From assembly GCA_004524445.1 (NCBI GenBank), contig SDNP01000010.1, forward strand, positions 1 through 64,000: a stretch of DNA of 64,000 nt, given 5' to 3'. Shown here piece by piece: positions 30,221-41,014 of the stretch (its first letter is position 1; each line of letters opens with the position of its first letter). A program made the translations under genes and the position numbers. Source of the DNA: Candidatus Thorarchaeota archaeon. Lineage in GTDB: Archaea; Asgardarchaeota; Thorarchaeia; Thorarchaeales; Thorarchaeaceae. The notes beneath the pieces are model-generated. The model did no database searches, had not been told where the DNA came from, and was given only the letters and a program-made list of their open reading frames with translations.

Positions 30221-31432
30221 ATGCAGACTATGACAAATCAACCTTCACAGGTCTACTTTGGGTCAATCCAACATGGCAATCCTGGTAGATTTGCATCTAT
30301 GAGTGCGAAACTGGAAAAAATAATCAAACACCTGGATTTCTCAACGATTGAAAAGAAGGATAAGGTTGCCATAAAGATGCATCTTGGCTTTAGAGATGGC
30401 TACCAGACAGTCCCTGTGTTTTTCGCTAGAAGAGTCGTAGAAGCTGTGAAGGAAACCGGGGGCTATCCCTTCGTAACTGACAATCCAACTGCGGTCTATA
30501 ACGCAGCAGAACGAGGCTATACATCAGAAACCCTCGGATGTCCGTTGATACCTGTAGCAGGTGTAAAAGATGGATATCATGAGGAACGCGAATTCGATTT
30601 TCACAATGTGGACACTCTGTCAATTGCAGGAGTTCTACGTGATGCTGATGTTCTCATTGATCTGAGCCATGCTAAAGGACACAATACATGCGGATATGGC
30701 GGAGCTATCAAAAACATAGCTCTTGGCGGATACACTGGCCCTAGCAGATGGAAAAAAATCCACGGGGTAGAAAATAGCATAGAATACTGGGATGCCGACA
30801 AATGCAGCCCCGAGCATGCTAAGGAACTGGTCGAAACGTGTCCTGAAGGGCACATTAAATACGATGAGGAAAAACATGAACTCACGATTGCCTTTGGTAT
30901 GTGTAATCAGTGCATGGAATGCATCGATGCAGATGAAGGCACCGATTGTCTGCATTTTGGACCTGAGAACTTTGCTTTATTCCAAGAGCTGATGGCGAAT
31001 GGCGCGAATGAGATTATAGATACGTTTGACGAGGATAAGAGATTCTACCTCAATTTCCTGCTGGATATCACAGCGCTCTGCGATTGTTGGGGGATTGCAC
31101 AACCAGCAGTGGTTAATGATATTGGGATATTGGGAAGTCGAGATATTGTTGCCATTGAGCAAGCCACTCTCGACCTCATAGCAAAGGAAGGATTAGTCGA
31201 AAGCATGATTCCACCCTATTTCAGGAATGTGGATTTGGATTCTGAAGATGAGCTGCATCCATTTGCAAGAATTCACGGTCGAATGAAGACCCCATACTTG
31301 GTCACTGAATATGCAGAGAATCTTGGGATGGGATCACGAAGCTATGAGTTGATTGAGCTATTATCACCAGATGAAACAAAGGAAATGGAAGCACCTAAGG
31401 GCGTAAGTGAGGACCAACCTACATTCTTCTAG
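30221..31432 (+). CDS. DUF362 Fe-S protein
   Basis: VAIKMHLG, SHAKGH, GGAIKN..LG, CNQCMEC, CDC, D.VAIEQA; start at ATG 30221 or 30230. Confidence 0.85.
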   Translation: MQTMTNQPSQVYFGSIQHGNPGRFASMSAKLEKIIKHLDFSTIEKKDKVAIKMHLGFRDGYQTVPVFFARRVVEAVKETGGYPFVTDNPTAVYNAAERGYTSETLGCPLIPVAGVKDGYHEEREFDFHNVDTLSIAGVLRDADVLIDLSHAKGHNTCGYGGAIKNIALGGYTGPSRWKKIHGVENSIEYWDADKCSPEHAKELVETCPEGHIKYDEEKHELTIAFGMCNQCMECIDADEGTDCLHFGPENFALFQELMANGANEIIDTFDEDKRFYLNFLLDITALCDCWGIAQPAVVNDIGILGSRDIVAIEQATLDLIAKEGLVESMIPPYFRNVDLDSEDELHPFARIHGRMKTPYLVTEYAENLGMGSRSYELIELLSPDETKEMEAPKGVSEDQPTFF

Positions 31433-31632
31433 AGAATCGACTTCATTGCATCATGACAGCCTCTAATCGTTCCACCAAACTTTCAAATAGCCTCTCACTT
31501 GAAGCAGAAACATACATTAGCTGTGCTGTACAGCCTTGATTTGAATAGTAGAGCTATAAGTCAAAGCAACGAGTTGCATTCACCTAGCAAGACCCAAACT
31601 GCTCAGTACGTTGCATAGAAATACAAGGGGCA

Positions 31633-32517
31633 TTGGGTGGTAGCTCTAATAGTTGGAGGTTGCTGAATCTGGGTTCATCCGGGTGGTCAAGAAAGAAAGA
31701 TGAAGCCTTTCTAGAGAAAGTCTTGGACCTTGCTAATAGGGGAGATTTCGTCGCTATCACTAAAACCTACAACGACTTTTGGAAGGACAAAAACAAGAAT
31801 CCCTTGCATAGAATAGATAGTATAGCAATGAGGAATTTTCAAGACGCGGATGAAGTTGAATTAACGAATACCCTATTGCAAATCCGGAGTAGTGTTTTTT
31901 CTTATCTGGGCTTGTTGTCTCTGAGCATAGCGACTGAGGTATCTACAAAAGATATCCTCCAAGTTATGCTAAACGAAGATAATAGCAAGAAGGGTAGGAA
32001 AAAAGCTAGGGAATTTCTTACTGCTCAAGCCAAGCAGCTTATCGATAAGAACCGAGTAAATCATCTCATTCCAACTGAGCTAAAGAGAGATGGCCTGGGA
32101 TATCTGACTGAAAAAGTACGTGAAGCCCAAATTGAAAACTATCGGAAAGCAAAACCTTCAGTCAAGAAAGGCAAGCTTTCCTTGAAGAAACTCTCGCATA
32201 CTGTGCTAGGGAAGAAGATTCTTCGTGATTTGTGCATCGATGCAAATGAACTTGACGCAAATAGTGATGAGGCATCGCGGATTGGGGAGGCATACGATCA
32301 TTATCTCTTAGAAATCGAGCTCTCAGAGGATTTTGTCATGCCGGATATAGAAGATACCCAACAGCTTTCTTTGGAAGGTAAACCGCTTGATGCCGATGAA
32401 TCAGACGAAACTAAGAAACCATCAGGAAAAAGAAACGAACCAGACCAGGAGAATCTAACCCGCTATCTTGCAGAAGACGAAGCAATACCTAGTTCGGAGA
32501 AAAAGAATAAGGGGTAG
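31633..32517 (+). CDS. Hypothetical protein with acidic tail (start uncertain)
   Basis: 294-aa ORF; GGAGGT at 31654 suggests a later start. Confidence 0.7.
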   Translation: MGGSSNSWRLLNLGSSGWSRKKDEAFLEKVLDLANRGDFVAITKTYNDFWKDKNKNPLHRIDSIAMRNFQDADEVELTNTLLQIRSSVFSYLGLLSLSIATEVSTKDILQVMLNEDNSKKGRKKAREFLTAQAKQLIDKNRVNHLIPTELKRDGLGYLTEKVREAQIENYRKAKPSVKKGKLSLKKLSHTVLGKKILRDLCIDANELDANSDEASRIGEAYDHYLLEIELSEDFVMPDIEDTQQLSLEGKPLDADESDETKKPSGKRNEPDQENLTRYLAEDEAIPSSEKKNKG

Positions 32518-32571
32518 AACAACAAGAAGAAGACATCATACCCTGGCAGTAATCAGACGGGGCGGAATATA

Positions 32572-34032
32572 ATGACGAAGGAAGAAGAGAAGGCGGAGAA
32601 GAAGGAGCTTGAGGGGTTAAGAAACCTTAGGGCTATATCCAACTCACTGGATTCTCCGGACTTGGGAGTTGCGTACACGGCTGCTGCTGAATTAATGCAG
32701 CACCAAGCGGCTCGCTCACTTCTCCCTAAGATAATGAGCATTCTGAATGTTGATGATTTGACACTAAGGAAACTCAATTTCAGATTTGCAGGAATGCATG
32801 CTTTTGGGCCCTATATCCCATCATTATTCCAGGCTCTTGAATCCATCAATCCAGCTGAAAGGGAGCAGGTACTTCAAAGCGTAGAGGAGGCATTTAGCAA
32901 AACGGGAGGGCCGCTTTCATCATTAGAACAAAAGAGATGGGTTGAGGCACTCGATGAAGTCGGTCATGAACATCAAGCTACCGTCTTTGGTATAATGGCT
33001 CATCTTGGCAGAAGGGGTGCACGTTGGGTTGGCGACAAAATTAGAAAACAAACAGAAATTGTTTCATATGGTTCAGTTCCCAAGATTCTATCATTTAGAG
33101 AAAGCACGGCCAAGAGAATGCTGAAGACACTCGCCAAGAAAGCGGCGAAAAGGAAACCCGAATTGCTCGAGTACATTTGCGGAGTTGTAGATCAGTCTAC
33201 GATAGGATATCTTGCTCCATTCCTGTCTTCTGGTGACTGGAAGACACGTGCTGAAGTTGCAAAAGCGATTGGGAAAATAGGAATCACCTCTGCATCCGGT
33301 ATAGTAATGGAAATAGTATCAGACCCGGATTGGAGGGTCAAGCAAGCACTGTTAGAAAAAATCAACATCAGCGATTCAAGATTAACGAGTTTGCTGAAGA
33401 TCATTGATTGTTTTGCTAACGACTCTCACGTTCGAGTTAGAGGACAGGCTGAGCGTACTCTGTTGAATTTGGGTCATGCGGCCTGTGATGAGGAGGATCT
33501 GGACGAGCAGAGAGACCGTATTATGAGGAAATTTAGACAGCGTCTATTGGACGCTGCTACAAACAATCCAGATATTGATTCTAATTGGATGGGTGTAGAG
33601 GTTGAAGAACACCCGATTCCATATATGGCGGAGGCAGACGATTCGCAGAAGGGCATTAGCCTTTCAGATATTGCACCATCAGAGGAAGAAGCCAAGAGTG
33701 GTGGTTCAGAGCAAGCAGGTCTCCTGAGCGCCCTACTAAAGGCAAAGGATTCGGTGAATAGCGGTCAGAAAGCTGGTAGTTCTAAGCGAGATGCACCAGA
33801 CAAATTGGAATTGGATGACGATATGTCGGAAACAGAGCGATTTATGAGGCTGCTCAAATATCTGTCAGGTGGGCAAGACAGGGATGTCACACTTGAGGAC
33901 CTCCACAAAAAGGCAGGAGAGGCGAACCTTACAGAAGAAGATCTAGAGGAAGCATTGGAGCAATTGGAGAGAGAAGGAACTGTATATCGATCCAAAAAGG
34001 GGGCTATTCGTAGAGTAGATATGGAACTCTGA
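32572..34032 (+). CDS. HEAT-repeat protein with C-terminal winged helix
   Basis: DWKTRAEVAKAIG, DPDWRVKQA, DSHVRVR; C-terminal LEEALEQLEREGTVYRSKKG. Confidence 0.8.
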   Translation: MTKEEEKAEKKELEGLRNLRAISNSLDSPDLGVAYTAAAELMQHQAARSLLPKIMSILNVDDLTLRKLNFRFAGMHAFGPYIPSLFQALESINPAEREQVLQSVEEAFSKTGGPLSSLEQKRWVEALDEVGHEHQATVFGIMAHLGRRGARWVGDKIRKQTEIVSYGSVPKILSFRESTAKRMLKTLAKKAAKRKPELLEYICGVVDQSTIGYLAPFLSSGDWKTRAEVAKAIGKIGITSASGIVMEIVSDPDWRVKQALLEKINISDSRLTSLLKIIDCFANDSHVRVRGQAERTLLNLGHAACDEEDLDEQRDRIMRKFRQRLLDAATNNPDIDSNWMGVEVEEHPIPYMAEADDSQKGISLSDIAPSEEEAKSGGSEQAGLLSALLKAKDSVNSGQKAGSSKRDAPDKLELDDDMSETERFMRLLKYLSGGQDRDVTLEDLHKKAGEANLTEEDLEEALEQLEREGTVYRSKKGAIRRVDMEL

Positions 34033-34079
34033 GAATCCTTTACAATAATGTAAACAAAATGTAATGGAGGCTAGAAATC

Positions 34080-35405
34080 TTGAGCAAGACGACAGCAATT
34101 GAAAACGCATTTATCGTTACTGCAGATGAAGAGCTGGGCATTATCGAGAGAGGATATATCCGAATTGAAGATGATAAGATAGTAGAGCTCGGAGAGGGGC
34201 AAGCCAAATCTGCTGATAATTTGATTGATGCAAGCGGATGTGTTGTAATTCCAGGTCTCATTACTGCGCATACACATCTCTACGGCATTCTTCTTCGAGG
34301 CGCATCGTTGAATATTGAACCCCCAACTGATTTTGCGCAGGTTCTTCAGCGAGTATGGTGGCCGGTGGACGAAGCACTTGATTTGAATAATGCCGAAGCA
34401 AGTGCATTATCTGCTTCCGCTGATATGTTGAGAAATGGCAGTACATTTTTTGCTGATACTTACTCTGGCCCCAACTCGATTGAGAATAGCTTAGATGCTG
34501 TATCTAGAGGAACCGAAAAGATAGGTATTCGTTCTATGCTTGCATTCGAAATGACTGAGCGGCACAATCATGAGGAGGCGGAGAGGGGACTTAAAGAGAG
34601 TATGCGTTTCATTAAGGAGAATAAGAAAGAGAATGGATTAACCTCCACAATGATGAGTCTTCATGCATCCTTTACAGTCGATGATGAAATGATCAAGAAG
34701 ACAGTAGATGCTGCAAAGAATCTAGAGGTTCCCATCACTATCCATACTTCAGAGGGACTTGTAGACCTATATCATAATCTGGAGAAATATGGAGAGAGGA
34801 CTATTGAGCGACTAGATCGATTAGGAGTTCTAGGGAAGCATGCAGTTCTAGCTCACTGCGTTCATGTTAATGAACACGAATTGGATTTGGTTGCCCGGTC
34901 AGGAGCCTCAATAGCCCATAATCCAATGAGCAATATGTTGAATGCGGTCGGAACGGCGCCTGTTCCGGAAATGCTGCAAAGAGGAATTACGGTCGGATTG
35001 GGTAACGATGGCTGGGTCTACGACCCATTTGAAAATATGCGATGCGCTTTGACAGTGCATCGATTAGCGAACAGCAATCCAAGCATTATTGGTGAAAAAG
35101 AGGTCTTCGAGATGGCGACTATCAGTGGTGCAAGATGTTATGGAGTTGACGACAAAATTGGCAGTCTTCAGCCTGGAAAATTGGCAGACATTGTAATACT
35201 TGATGCGACTAGGGTTCCCACACCAATCACATCGGAGAGCGTCATCGGGCATCTTGTCAACACATTTTCTGGACGCGATGTTAGAGATGTTCTGGTCGAT
35301 GGAAAAGTAGTACTGAAGAATCAAAAGCTCCAAAGATTATCAGATGAGGAAGTGAGCAGGTTGTCCCGGGAGTCTGCGAGTTCGCTTTGGAATAGGCTGA
35401 GGTGA
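34080..35405 (+). CDS. Amidohydrolase (SsnA/MTA-SAH deaminase-like)
   Basis: PGLITAHTH, IHTSE, AHCVH, HNPMSN, GLGNDG, GKLADIV. Confidence 0.9.
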   Translation: MSKTTAIENAFIVTADEELGIIERGYIRIEDDKIVELGEGQAKSADNLIDASGCVVIPGLITAHTHLYGILLRGASLNIEPPTDFAQVLQRVWWPVDEALDLNNAEASALSASADMLRNGSTFFADTYSGPNSIENSLDAVSRGTEKIGIRSMLAFEMTERHNHEEAERGLKESMRFIKENKKENGLTSTMMSLHASFTVDDEMIKKTVDAAKNLEVPITIHTSEGLVDLYHNLEKYGERTIERLDRLGVLGKHAVLAHCVHVNEHELDLVARSGASIAHNPMSNMLNAVGTAPVPEMLQRGITVGLGNDGWVYDPFENMRCALTVHRLANSNPSIIGEKEVFEMATISGARCYGVDDKIGSLQPGKLADIVILDATRVPTPITSESVIGHLVNTFSGRDVRDVLVDGKVVLKNQKLQRLSDEEVSRLSRESASSLWNRLR

Positions 35406-35513
35406 CAGCCATCTTGATTGCTCTACTATAAGCGCAAAGAATATCCTGCGTTTAAGATACGACATATATACTCCAATCGTTATTTGAGATTAAACGCGAC
35501 TGGTGTCAAGAAC

Positions 35514-36293
35514 GTGGCTGCGATTCAAATATCAGATTTAACAAAGACATTTGGAGATGTAAGAGCTGTTGATAATATCTCTCTCGAAGTCAGGAATGGA
35601 GAAATATACGGCCTTTTGGGGCCTAACGGAGCAGGAAAAACTACAACACTAAAGGTTATCATGGGGCTTCTTGACCCAGATTCAGGTACTGCTTCTGTCA
35701 TGGGCCTGAATAGTCTCGAAAATCCAGTTGAGGTAAAAGCAGTAGTCGGTTATGTTCCAGAAGAAACTGTTCTATATGAGTCGTTGACACCGAGGGAATT
35801 GTTTGAATTCATTGCATCAGTCAGAGAACTTGCGAAGGCTTCAATCAGTTCTAGAGTAGCAGAAATTGCCAAGGGTTTAAATTTTACAGAATATATGGAC
35901 AAAATGATTGTGACCCTTTCTTCAGGTAATAAGCAGAAATGTCTTCTAATGGCAGCACTCATACATCGACCAAAGCTGTTGATTCTAGACGAACCATTCT
36001 CAGGGCTTGATGCAAGAGTAGTCAGAATCCTGAAAGATGCAATACAAATCCATGTAGACAATGGCGGCTCGGTGCTCTTGAGCACGCATATAATGGAGGT
36101 TGCTCAAGCTCTCTGTGATAGAGTTGGCATTATTGATCATGGAAAGATAATTGCAGATGGAACACTAGAAGAATTAAGAGAGCAGTCAAAAGAAGAGAGT
36201 GCTACTTTGGAACAAATATTCTTGAAATTGACTGAACAGGTAGATGAAGTCACTGAGGGCGTAGATAACCTGAGGGAGGCTCTATCTGGATGA
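35514..36293 (+). CDS. ABC transporter ATPase
   Basis: GPNGAGKTT, LSSGNKQ, DEPFSGLD; GTG at 35514 is the probable start. Confidence 0.9.
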   Translation: MAAIQISDLTKTFGDVRAVDNISLEVRNGEIYGLLGPNGAGKTTTLKVIMGLLDPDSGTASVMGLNSLENPVEVKAVVGYVPEETVLYESLTPRELFEFIASVRELAKASISSRVAEIAKGLNFTEYMDKMIVTLSSGNKQKCLLMAALIHRPKLLILDEPFSGLDARVVRILKDAIQIHVDNGGSVLLSTHIMEVAQALCDRVGIIDHGKIIADGTLEELREQSKEESATLEQIFLKLTEQVDEVTEGVDNLREALSG

Positions 36294-37930
36294 ATTTTGG
36301 CAAGAAATGGAAGCTTGCAGGCACTATAATTCGGGAAACCAGATTCAGGTCCCAACTGAGTTCGAATCCATCTTTTCGTTCTAGAGCTAAGGAAAATCCT
36401 GAACGAATTATGAAAAACGCCAAGAGGGGTAATATAATCAGCATGGTCTTCACAACATTTCTGGTTATTATTCTCGCTGCAGTGTCATTGGCTCTCATCA
36501 TCTTTGGGGATCCAGCTCAATCTCCAATCATATCATTGGCCGTTAGCTTCGGATCCTTTCTCTTGCTAAGTTTCGTGTTGATATTCTTTCTCAATCTACT
36601 AGGGACATCTGGATTCTTTATGTCGGGTGTTGCATCGTTTCCGGCGATGTTACCCATTTCAAGAGGGGACTTGGAGGATATTGTCTTCTTTGCATTCATG
36701 CGCACATTTGCAGGGCCGTCTATCGCAATTCTAACTGTCTTCCCAATTGGCCTCTTGATATTGATTGGGCCTGTTGCATGCTTGGCTGCATTCTCCTCTT
36801 GTTTGATAACAGTACTCGCGTCATTCACAGCCCTCATTCTCGTTGCTAAGTGGTATCACAAAAAATCTCTAGAACAACCCGGATCTACCGTTTCCACAAT
36901 TGTGCGGGTACTCGCTGGAGTCATGCTCATGGTAGGCTTCATTGCTGTCTATTCAGTTGGAAACTACTTACCGGTCCTAGTAGGTATTTTGACCAACCTA
37001 TCACAACAATACGGAATTGCCATCAACATTTTGCTCAGTGTTGTGTTCCCGTTTAATGTGGGATTGCTAACAGGAATCGCAACGTACGGATTACTTGTAA
37101 CTCCAGAAATCATAGTGCTTTCAATAGCATCTGCCATACTGTATTCTTTTCTGGCTGTTCGTGGTTATCGTATAGCAAGAAAAGAACTGAGAAAGACAGT
37201 TTTGGGAGGAATTGAAACCAAAGTGACTTATGAGGCTGTAGGAAGGCCACTCGACATTTCCAGTCCTACTTTGGCAATCATCAGGAAAGACATAAGGCTT
37301 GCAACACGCGATTTGGGGTCTCTAGCCATTCTGATTTTTCCCCTGATCATGCTGGTTGCATGGATACCAACTTTTGCTCAGGTGGCAGGGGGTGTGGTCA
37401 GCATCACAACTATTCTCACTCTAATGATTATGGTGCAGAGTTTCTCAGGAATTAGCATGACGGGCCTTCTAGGCGTAGACACCCAAGGTGCTTCGGTTTA
37501 TGATGGACTACCACTGAGTACTATCACGAATCTCAAAGCTAAAGCTACATTGTTCACCGTTACCTATGTTTTTTTCATGGCTGTTGTATCGTTTCTTTTC
37601 GTAGTTGGTACGCCTTTTTCACCTTTCGCGATTTTCATCCCGATTATCCAGATTCCTCTTGGCTATGGACTTGCATTAGTTGTCGGAGGAGTTCTGTTTC
37701 GAGTTGTTGGAGGAGGAAGAACAGTAGCGGTAAACCCAGTGAATAATCAGAAAGCTACGGTCATTGCACTTTTCATCGCCCTTGTGGTTGGAACAATCCC
37801 ATTGCTTGGCTTGGCCCTAGGCTTGTTTCTCACAAATGGGATACTTGTCGGACTTGGATTTCAGGGTGTTCTTGTTGCTGTCGAGATTCTCCTTGCGAGA
37901 ACCATGGTTCCTAGAATGCTGATCAATTAG
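36290..37930 (+). CDS. ABC exporter permease
   Basis: Multi-TM, ATGA overlap with the ATPase, LP motifs, IRKDIRLATR. Confidence 0.75.
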   Translation: MNFGKKWKLAGTIIRETRFRSQLSSNPSFRSRAKENPERIMKNAKRGNIISMVFTTFLVIILAAVSLALIIFGDPAQSPIISLAVSFGSFLLLSFVLIFFLNLLGTSGFFMSGVASFPAMLPISRGDLEDIVFFAFMRTFAGPSIAILTVFPIGLLILIGPVACLAAFSSCLITVLASFTALILVAKWYHKKSLEQPGSTVSTIVRVLAGVMLMVGFIAVYSVGNYLPVLVGILTNLSQQYGIAINILLSVVFPFNVGLLTGIATYGLLVTPEIIVLSIASAILYSFLAVRGYRIARKELRKTVLGGIETKVTYEAVGRPLDISSPTLAIIRKDIRLATRDLGSLAILIFPLIMLVAWIPTFAQVAGGVVSITTILTLMIMVQSFSGISMTGLLGVDTQGASVYDGLPLSTITNLKAKATLFTVTYVFFMAVVSFLFVVGTPFSPFAIFIPIIQIPLGYGLALVVGGVLFRVVGGGRTVAVNPVNNQKATVIALFIALVVGTIPLLGLALGLFLTNGILVGLGFQGVLVAVEILLARTMVPRMLIN

Positions 37931-37934
37931 AGAA

Positions 37935-38624
37935 TTATCTTGGCCGGTATCTTTTCGCTGCCAGCAACACCACCAACGCAACCACAGCGATTGTGAGCGG
38001 AGGTGCCAGAATAGTCAGGACCCTCTCAATACCAAGCTGGATATTCATTCTCGATGCTTCTCGGTATTCCAGAGTTTCATTGGTTCCCGTATCGAATAGC
38101 TTGTAGACATAGTGTGACAAGAATCCATCATCCTTTAGATACACAGCTCGAAGTGAGGCTTCGATATTAGTCAGGCTTATTCTCAAGATGTTTCTCCATT
38201 CATAACCCCAAAAATCGCTATCCTCTATGAGTTCATAATCCACCATGTCTTCCTGTTCAATATAAGTAGATAGTAGCCACCAGTCGCCAACTGGATATGC
38301 CAAATGCTCCAAGGCTTTGTTCCAGGGTTCATCAAGAATTAGCTCAGTTCCATTCAAAAAGGATTGTTCAACTTCGACAAGGGGAATTCTGCTTATGGAG
38401 CTAAAGGTATCAGTGAGATTTGGAGTATTGATGACCCTGAGCATGACTCTATAATCTATTTTAATATGACCCGATGATTCAACGTACAACTCAAATTCGT
38501 ATTCATCGCCTTCTTCAATGCCCCACCAATGGCGCAGGGCAACTACTGGAAATGCATATGAGTGCAAAATGACAACCAGGAAAATCCCAATTACCAAATA
38601 ATTCTTCGTTATCTCGCGCGTCAT
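37935..38624 (-). CDS. Exported, C-terminally anchored protein (paralog of the next gene)
   Basis: Signal-like N-terminus from ATG 38624; WGIEEGD, PVGDW.LL, Y..DDGFL; C-terminal TM and basic tail. Confidence 0.7.
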   Translation of the reverse strand: MTREITKNYLVIGIFLVVILHSYAFPVVALRHWWGIEEGDEYEFELYVESSGHIKIDYRVMLRVINTPNLTDTFSSISRIPLVEVEQSFLNGTELILDEPWNKALEHLAYPVGDWWLLSTYIEQEDMVDYELIEDSDFWGYEWRNILRISLTNIEASLRAVYLKDDGFLSHYVYKLFDTGTNETLEYREASRMNIQLGIERVLTILAPPLTIAVVALVVLLAAKRYRPR

Positions 38625-38697
38625 ATCAAACAATCTATCAGAAAGTATACGATTTGCACAGAAAAGGGCTTCGGGTAAGCCTGCAATAAAAGAAGGG

Positions 38698-38719
38698 TAA
38701 TGGGGGAAAACCCCCATTA
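38698..38719 (-). terminator. Hairpin terminator after the 38724-39443 gene
   Basis: taatggggg-aaaa-cccccatta, perfect 9-bp stem followed by a T-rich tract on the minus strand. Confidence 0.6.
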
Positions 38720-38723
38720 GAAA

Positions 38724-39443
38724 CTATTTGCGTTTACAAACAACAAGACCAATAATCACAATCGCAGCAACGCCGATGCCAACATAAAGGATGTTATCCT
38801 CTAGAAGCTGCAATATATCGTCAAGGCCTCCGCCAGGAATCGTCTCCCTAGTGACCTCAATAGACTCAAGGAGTGTATCATTCAGGGTACTCCAGGTTTC
38901 GATTCTATAATCTGCAAGGAATCCATCCGATGTTGAGTAAGCAGCAGTAATTTTGGCCTCTTCAGTTGCAGTAGTGTCCATACTCCATTCTACAGTCCAT
39001 AGCCCACCAGCAGTATTGATATCTTCACCGGTAAGCTCAGGTGCAAGCAAATTCTCCAAGAGCGTAAAGTTCCCTATTGGTAGAGTGAATTTTCCGCCAA
39101 CAAAGAATATTCCAATGAAAATCAATGCTGTAATACCCATGCTGGTCCCATTCTGCCACCAGAAGTCGATATCAGGTTGTGGAATGGCATTCCAATCAGT
39201 CAGGGGATCAGGTATCGCAAGAGCAGGCATATCAGTTATATTGACATATAATCCCTCGCTTGGAACATCTTCATCAGTGCTAGTCATGGTAAAGTCGAAT
39301 CGATCACCAAACTGCACACCCCACTCCAATCCTTGTGATGTGGCCGCAGCTACAGGTGAGACCATAAACATTGACACAATTGCTAGTACAAAAATCATAT
39401 TTAGCGCGCGTTTCATTGTTGATATATCTCCTAAACCATTCAC
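38724..39443 (-). CDS. Exported, C-terminally anchored protein
   Basis: Signal peptide ending VAA; WGVQFGD, PIGNF.LL, YSTSDGFL; TM plus CKRK. Confidence 0.75.
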   Translation of the reverse strand: MNGLGDISTMKRALNMIFVLAIVSMFMVSPVAAATSQGLEWGVQFGDRFDFTMTSTDEDVPSEGLYVNITDMPALAIPDPLTDWNAIPQPDIDFWWQNGTSMGITALIFIGIFFVGGKFTLPIGNFTLLENLLAPELTGEDINTAGGLWTVEWSMDTTATEEAKITAAYSTSDGFLADYRIETWSTLNDTLLESIEVTRETIPGGGLDDILQLLEDNILYVGIGVAAIVIIGLVVCKRK

Positions 39444-39553
39444 GAATGGCTACTCTATCAATTGTACTTGACTAAAAAGGTCTTCTGTTATCAAGTAGTG
39501 CAGTATCCTTTCCGCGAGGGACAGAGTTTTGAAGGAGATTCTGTCAACGGTGT

Positions 39554-40504
39554 TTGATGAAATATCCAAATCTCGACTACAAATATGATGGGCCAATATT
39601 TGATTCTCATGCTCACGTAATCGAATTGGAGGCGCTCAAGCTATTCGTGGAAATAGGCAAGAAATACGGAACAGAGAAATCCATACTGATAGTACATAGC
39701 GATGATATAACTGCCTATGAAAGAATGTACCCGGGTCGATTTGTCTATGCCAAATATATGTCGGGGTGGAGATTGTTCACGGAAGGACCAGAACCTTCTC
39801 TAAAAGAAGTGGCCCGCCTTCGCGAAGAAGGATATGGATTAGTAAAAATGCATTTTGCGCCGTTCTGGACTGATAGATTAGAAAAAGAGAAGGTTCCTTC
39901 TGTTGACAGTCCGGTCTTTGACCCACTTTTTGATGTTCTAGCAGAGCATAATCTGCCTGTTCTGATTCACATAGCAGATCCGGACACATATTTTGAGAAT
40001 CGTTATGCAAATTCCAAACAATATGGCACCAAGGATGGACACATAGAGGAATTCGAAAACAGACTGAAACGGAGTGGTGATGTGGTATTTCAACAAGCTC
40101 ATTTTGGTGCTCAGGCGGAGCCCCATCGCTTGGAAAATTTGGCAAGGATGTTTCACCAATATCCAAACCTACATGTTGACACCAGTAGTGCTAGATGGAT
40201 GGCTAGGGAGTTGGGTAAGGCACCGGAAAAGGCTAGAAAAGTGATTATCAACCATTCGGATAGAATCCTCTATGGCACCGATTGTGTTGCAAGAAGCATG
40301 GATATAGATTACTACGAAGGCAGGCATCATACTGAGAGAATGATTTGGGAAACCGATGTGCGAAACGTGCCTCTCCCATTCGTGGACCAGGATACAGTTG
40401 GCAGAGGGGGCACTTACATCAACGGACTCGATTTGCCTCTAAATGTATTAGAGAAGATGTACTGGAAAAATGCTGATACGATTTATGACTTAGAATGGAA
40501 TTGA
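39554..40504 (+). CDS. Amidohydrolase_2 family protein
   Basis: DSHAH, PVLIH, AHFG, YGTD. Confidence 0.85.
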   Translation: MMKYPNLDYKYDGPIFDSHAHVIELEALKLFVEIGKKYGTEKSILIVHSDDITAYERMYPGRFVYAKYMSGWRLFTEGPEPSLKEVARLREEGYGLVKMHFAPFWTDRLEKEKVPSVDSPVFDPLFDVLAEHNLPVLIHIADPDTYFENRYANSKQYGTKDGHIEEFENRLKRSGDVVFQQAHFGAQAEPHRLENLARMFHQYPNLHVDTSSARWMARELGKAPEKARKVIINHSDRILYGTDCVARSMDIDYYEGRHHTERMIWETDVRNVPLPFVDQDTVGRGGTYINGLDLPLNVLEKMYWKNADTIYDLEWN

Positions 40505-40505
40505 T

Positions 40506-40916
40506 TTAAAGTCGCAATCTCTCTAGCTGCTTTTTTCTCTCCACAGCGGCTAGAAGGCGTGTTCTATCAAAGTAGACCTCGTTACGCGTTATCTTTGTGT
40601 CCTCCAGTTCAACAATGTCAATTCCAACCTCGTGCAAGACCTCTTGCCCAACAGGAATCTCACATTCCCATTTAACGATTGCACCAGTTCTTATTGGAAA
40701 TACCTCAACCGGTTTCCATCTCCAATCCTGATAGACTCTCAATAATCTCTCAAAGTATTGAAGTATATCCTCATGTCCCTGGAGTCCTTCTCGATGGGCA
40801 GGATCGGCATATAGGGCATCTTCAGAATAGAACTTAATTAGCTCTTCCGGCTGATTCCCGGTCCAAGCAGATAGCCACTCCTTGCAGAACTCAAATAGCT
40901 CATCTTCATTCATCAT
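40506..40916 (-). CDS. NTF2/SnoaL-like protein
   Basis: YSEDALYADP, G.EDI..YF, KITRNEVYFD. Confidence 0.85.
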   Translation of the reverse strand: MMNEDELFEFCKEWLSAWTGNQPEELIKFYSEDALYADPAHREGLQGHEDILQYFERLLRVYQDWRWKPVEVFPIRTGAIVKWECEIPVGQEVLHEVGIDIVELEDTKITRNEVYFDRTRLLAAVERKKQLERLRL

Positions 40917-41014
40917 TTTTCCAGCAATACCAAAATGGAACGCACTACGCTATAGGATTTACGCTTCGGATAGTTTGGAAGTTCGTTCGGATATCTATGA
41001 GAATGACCCTCATT

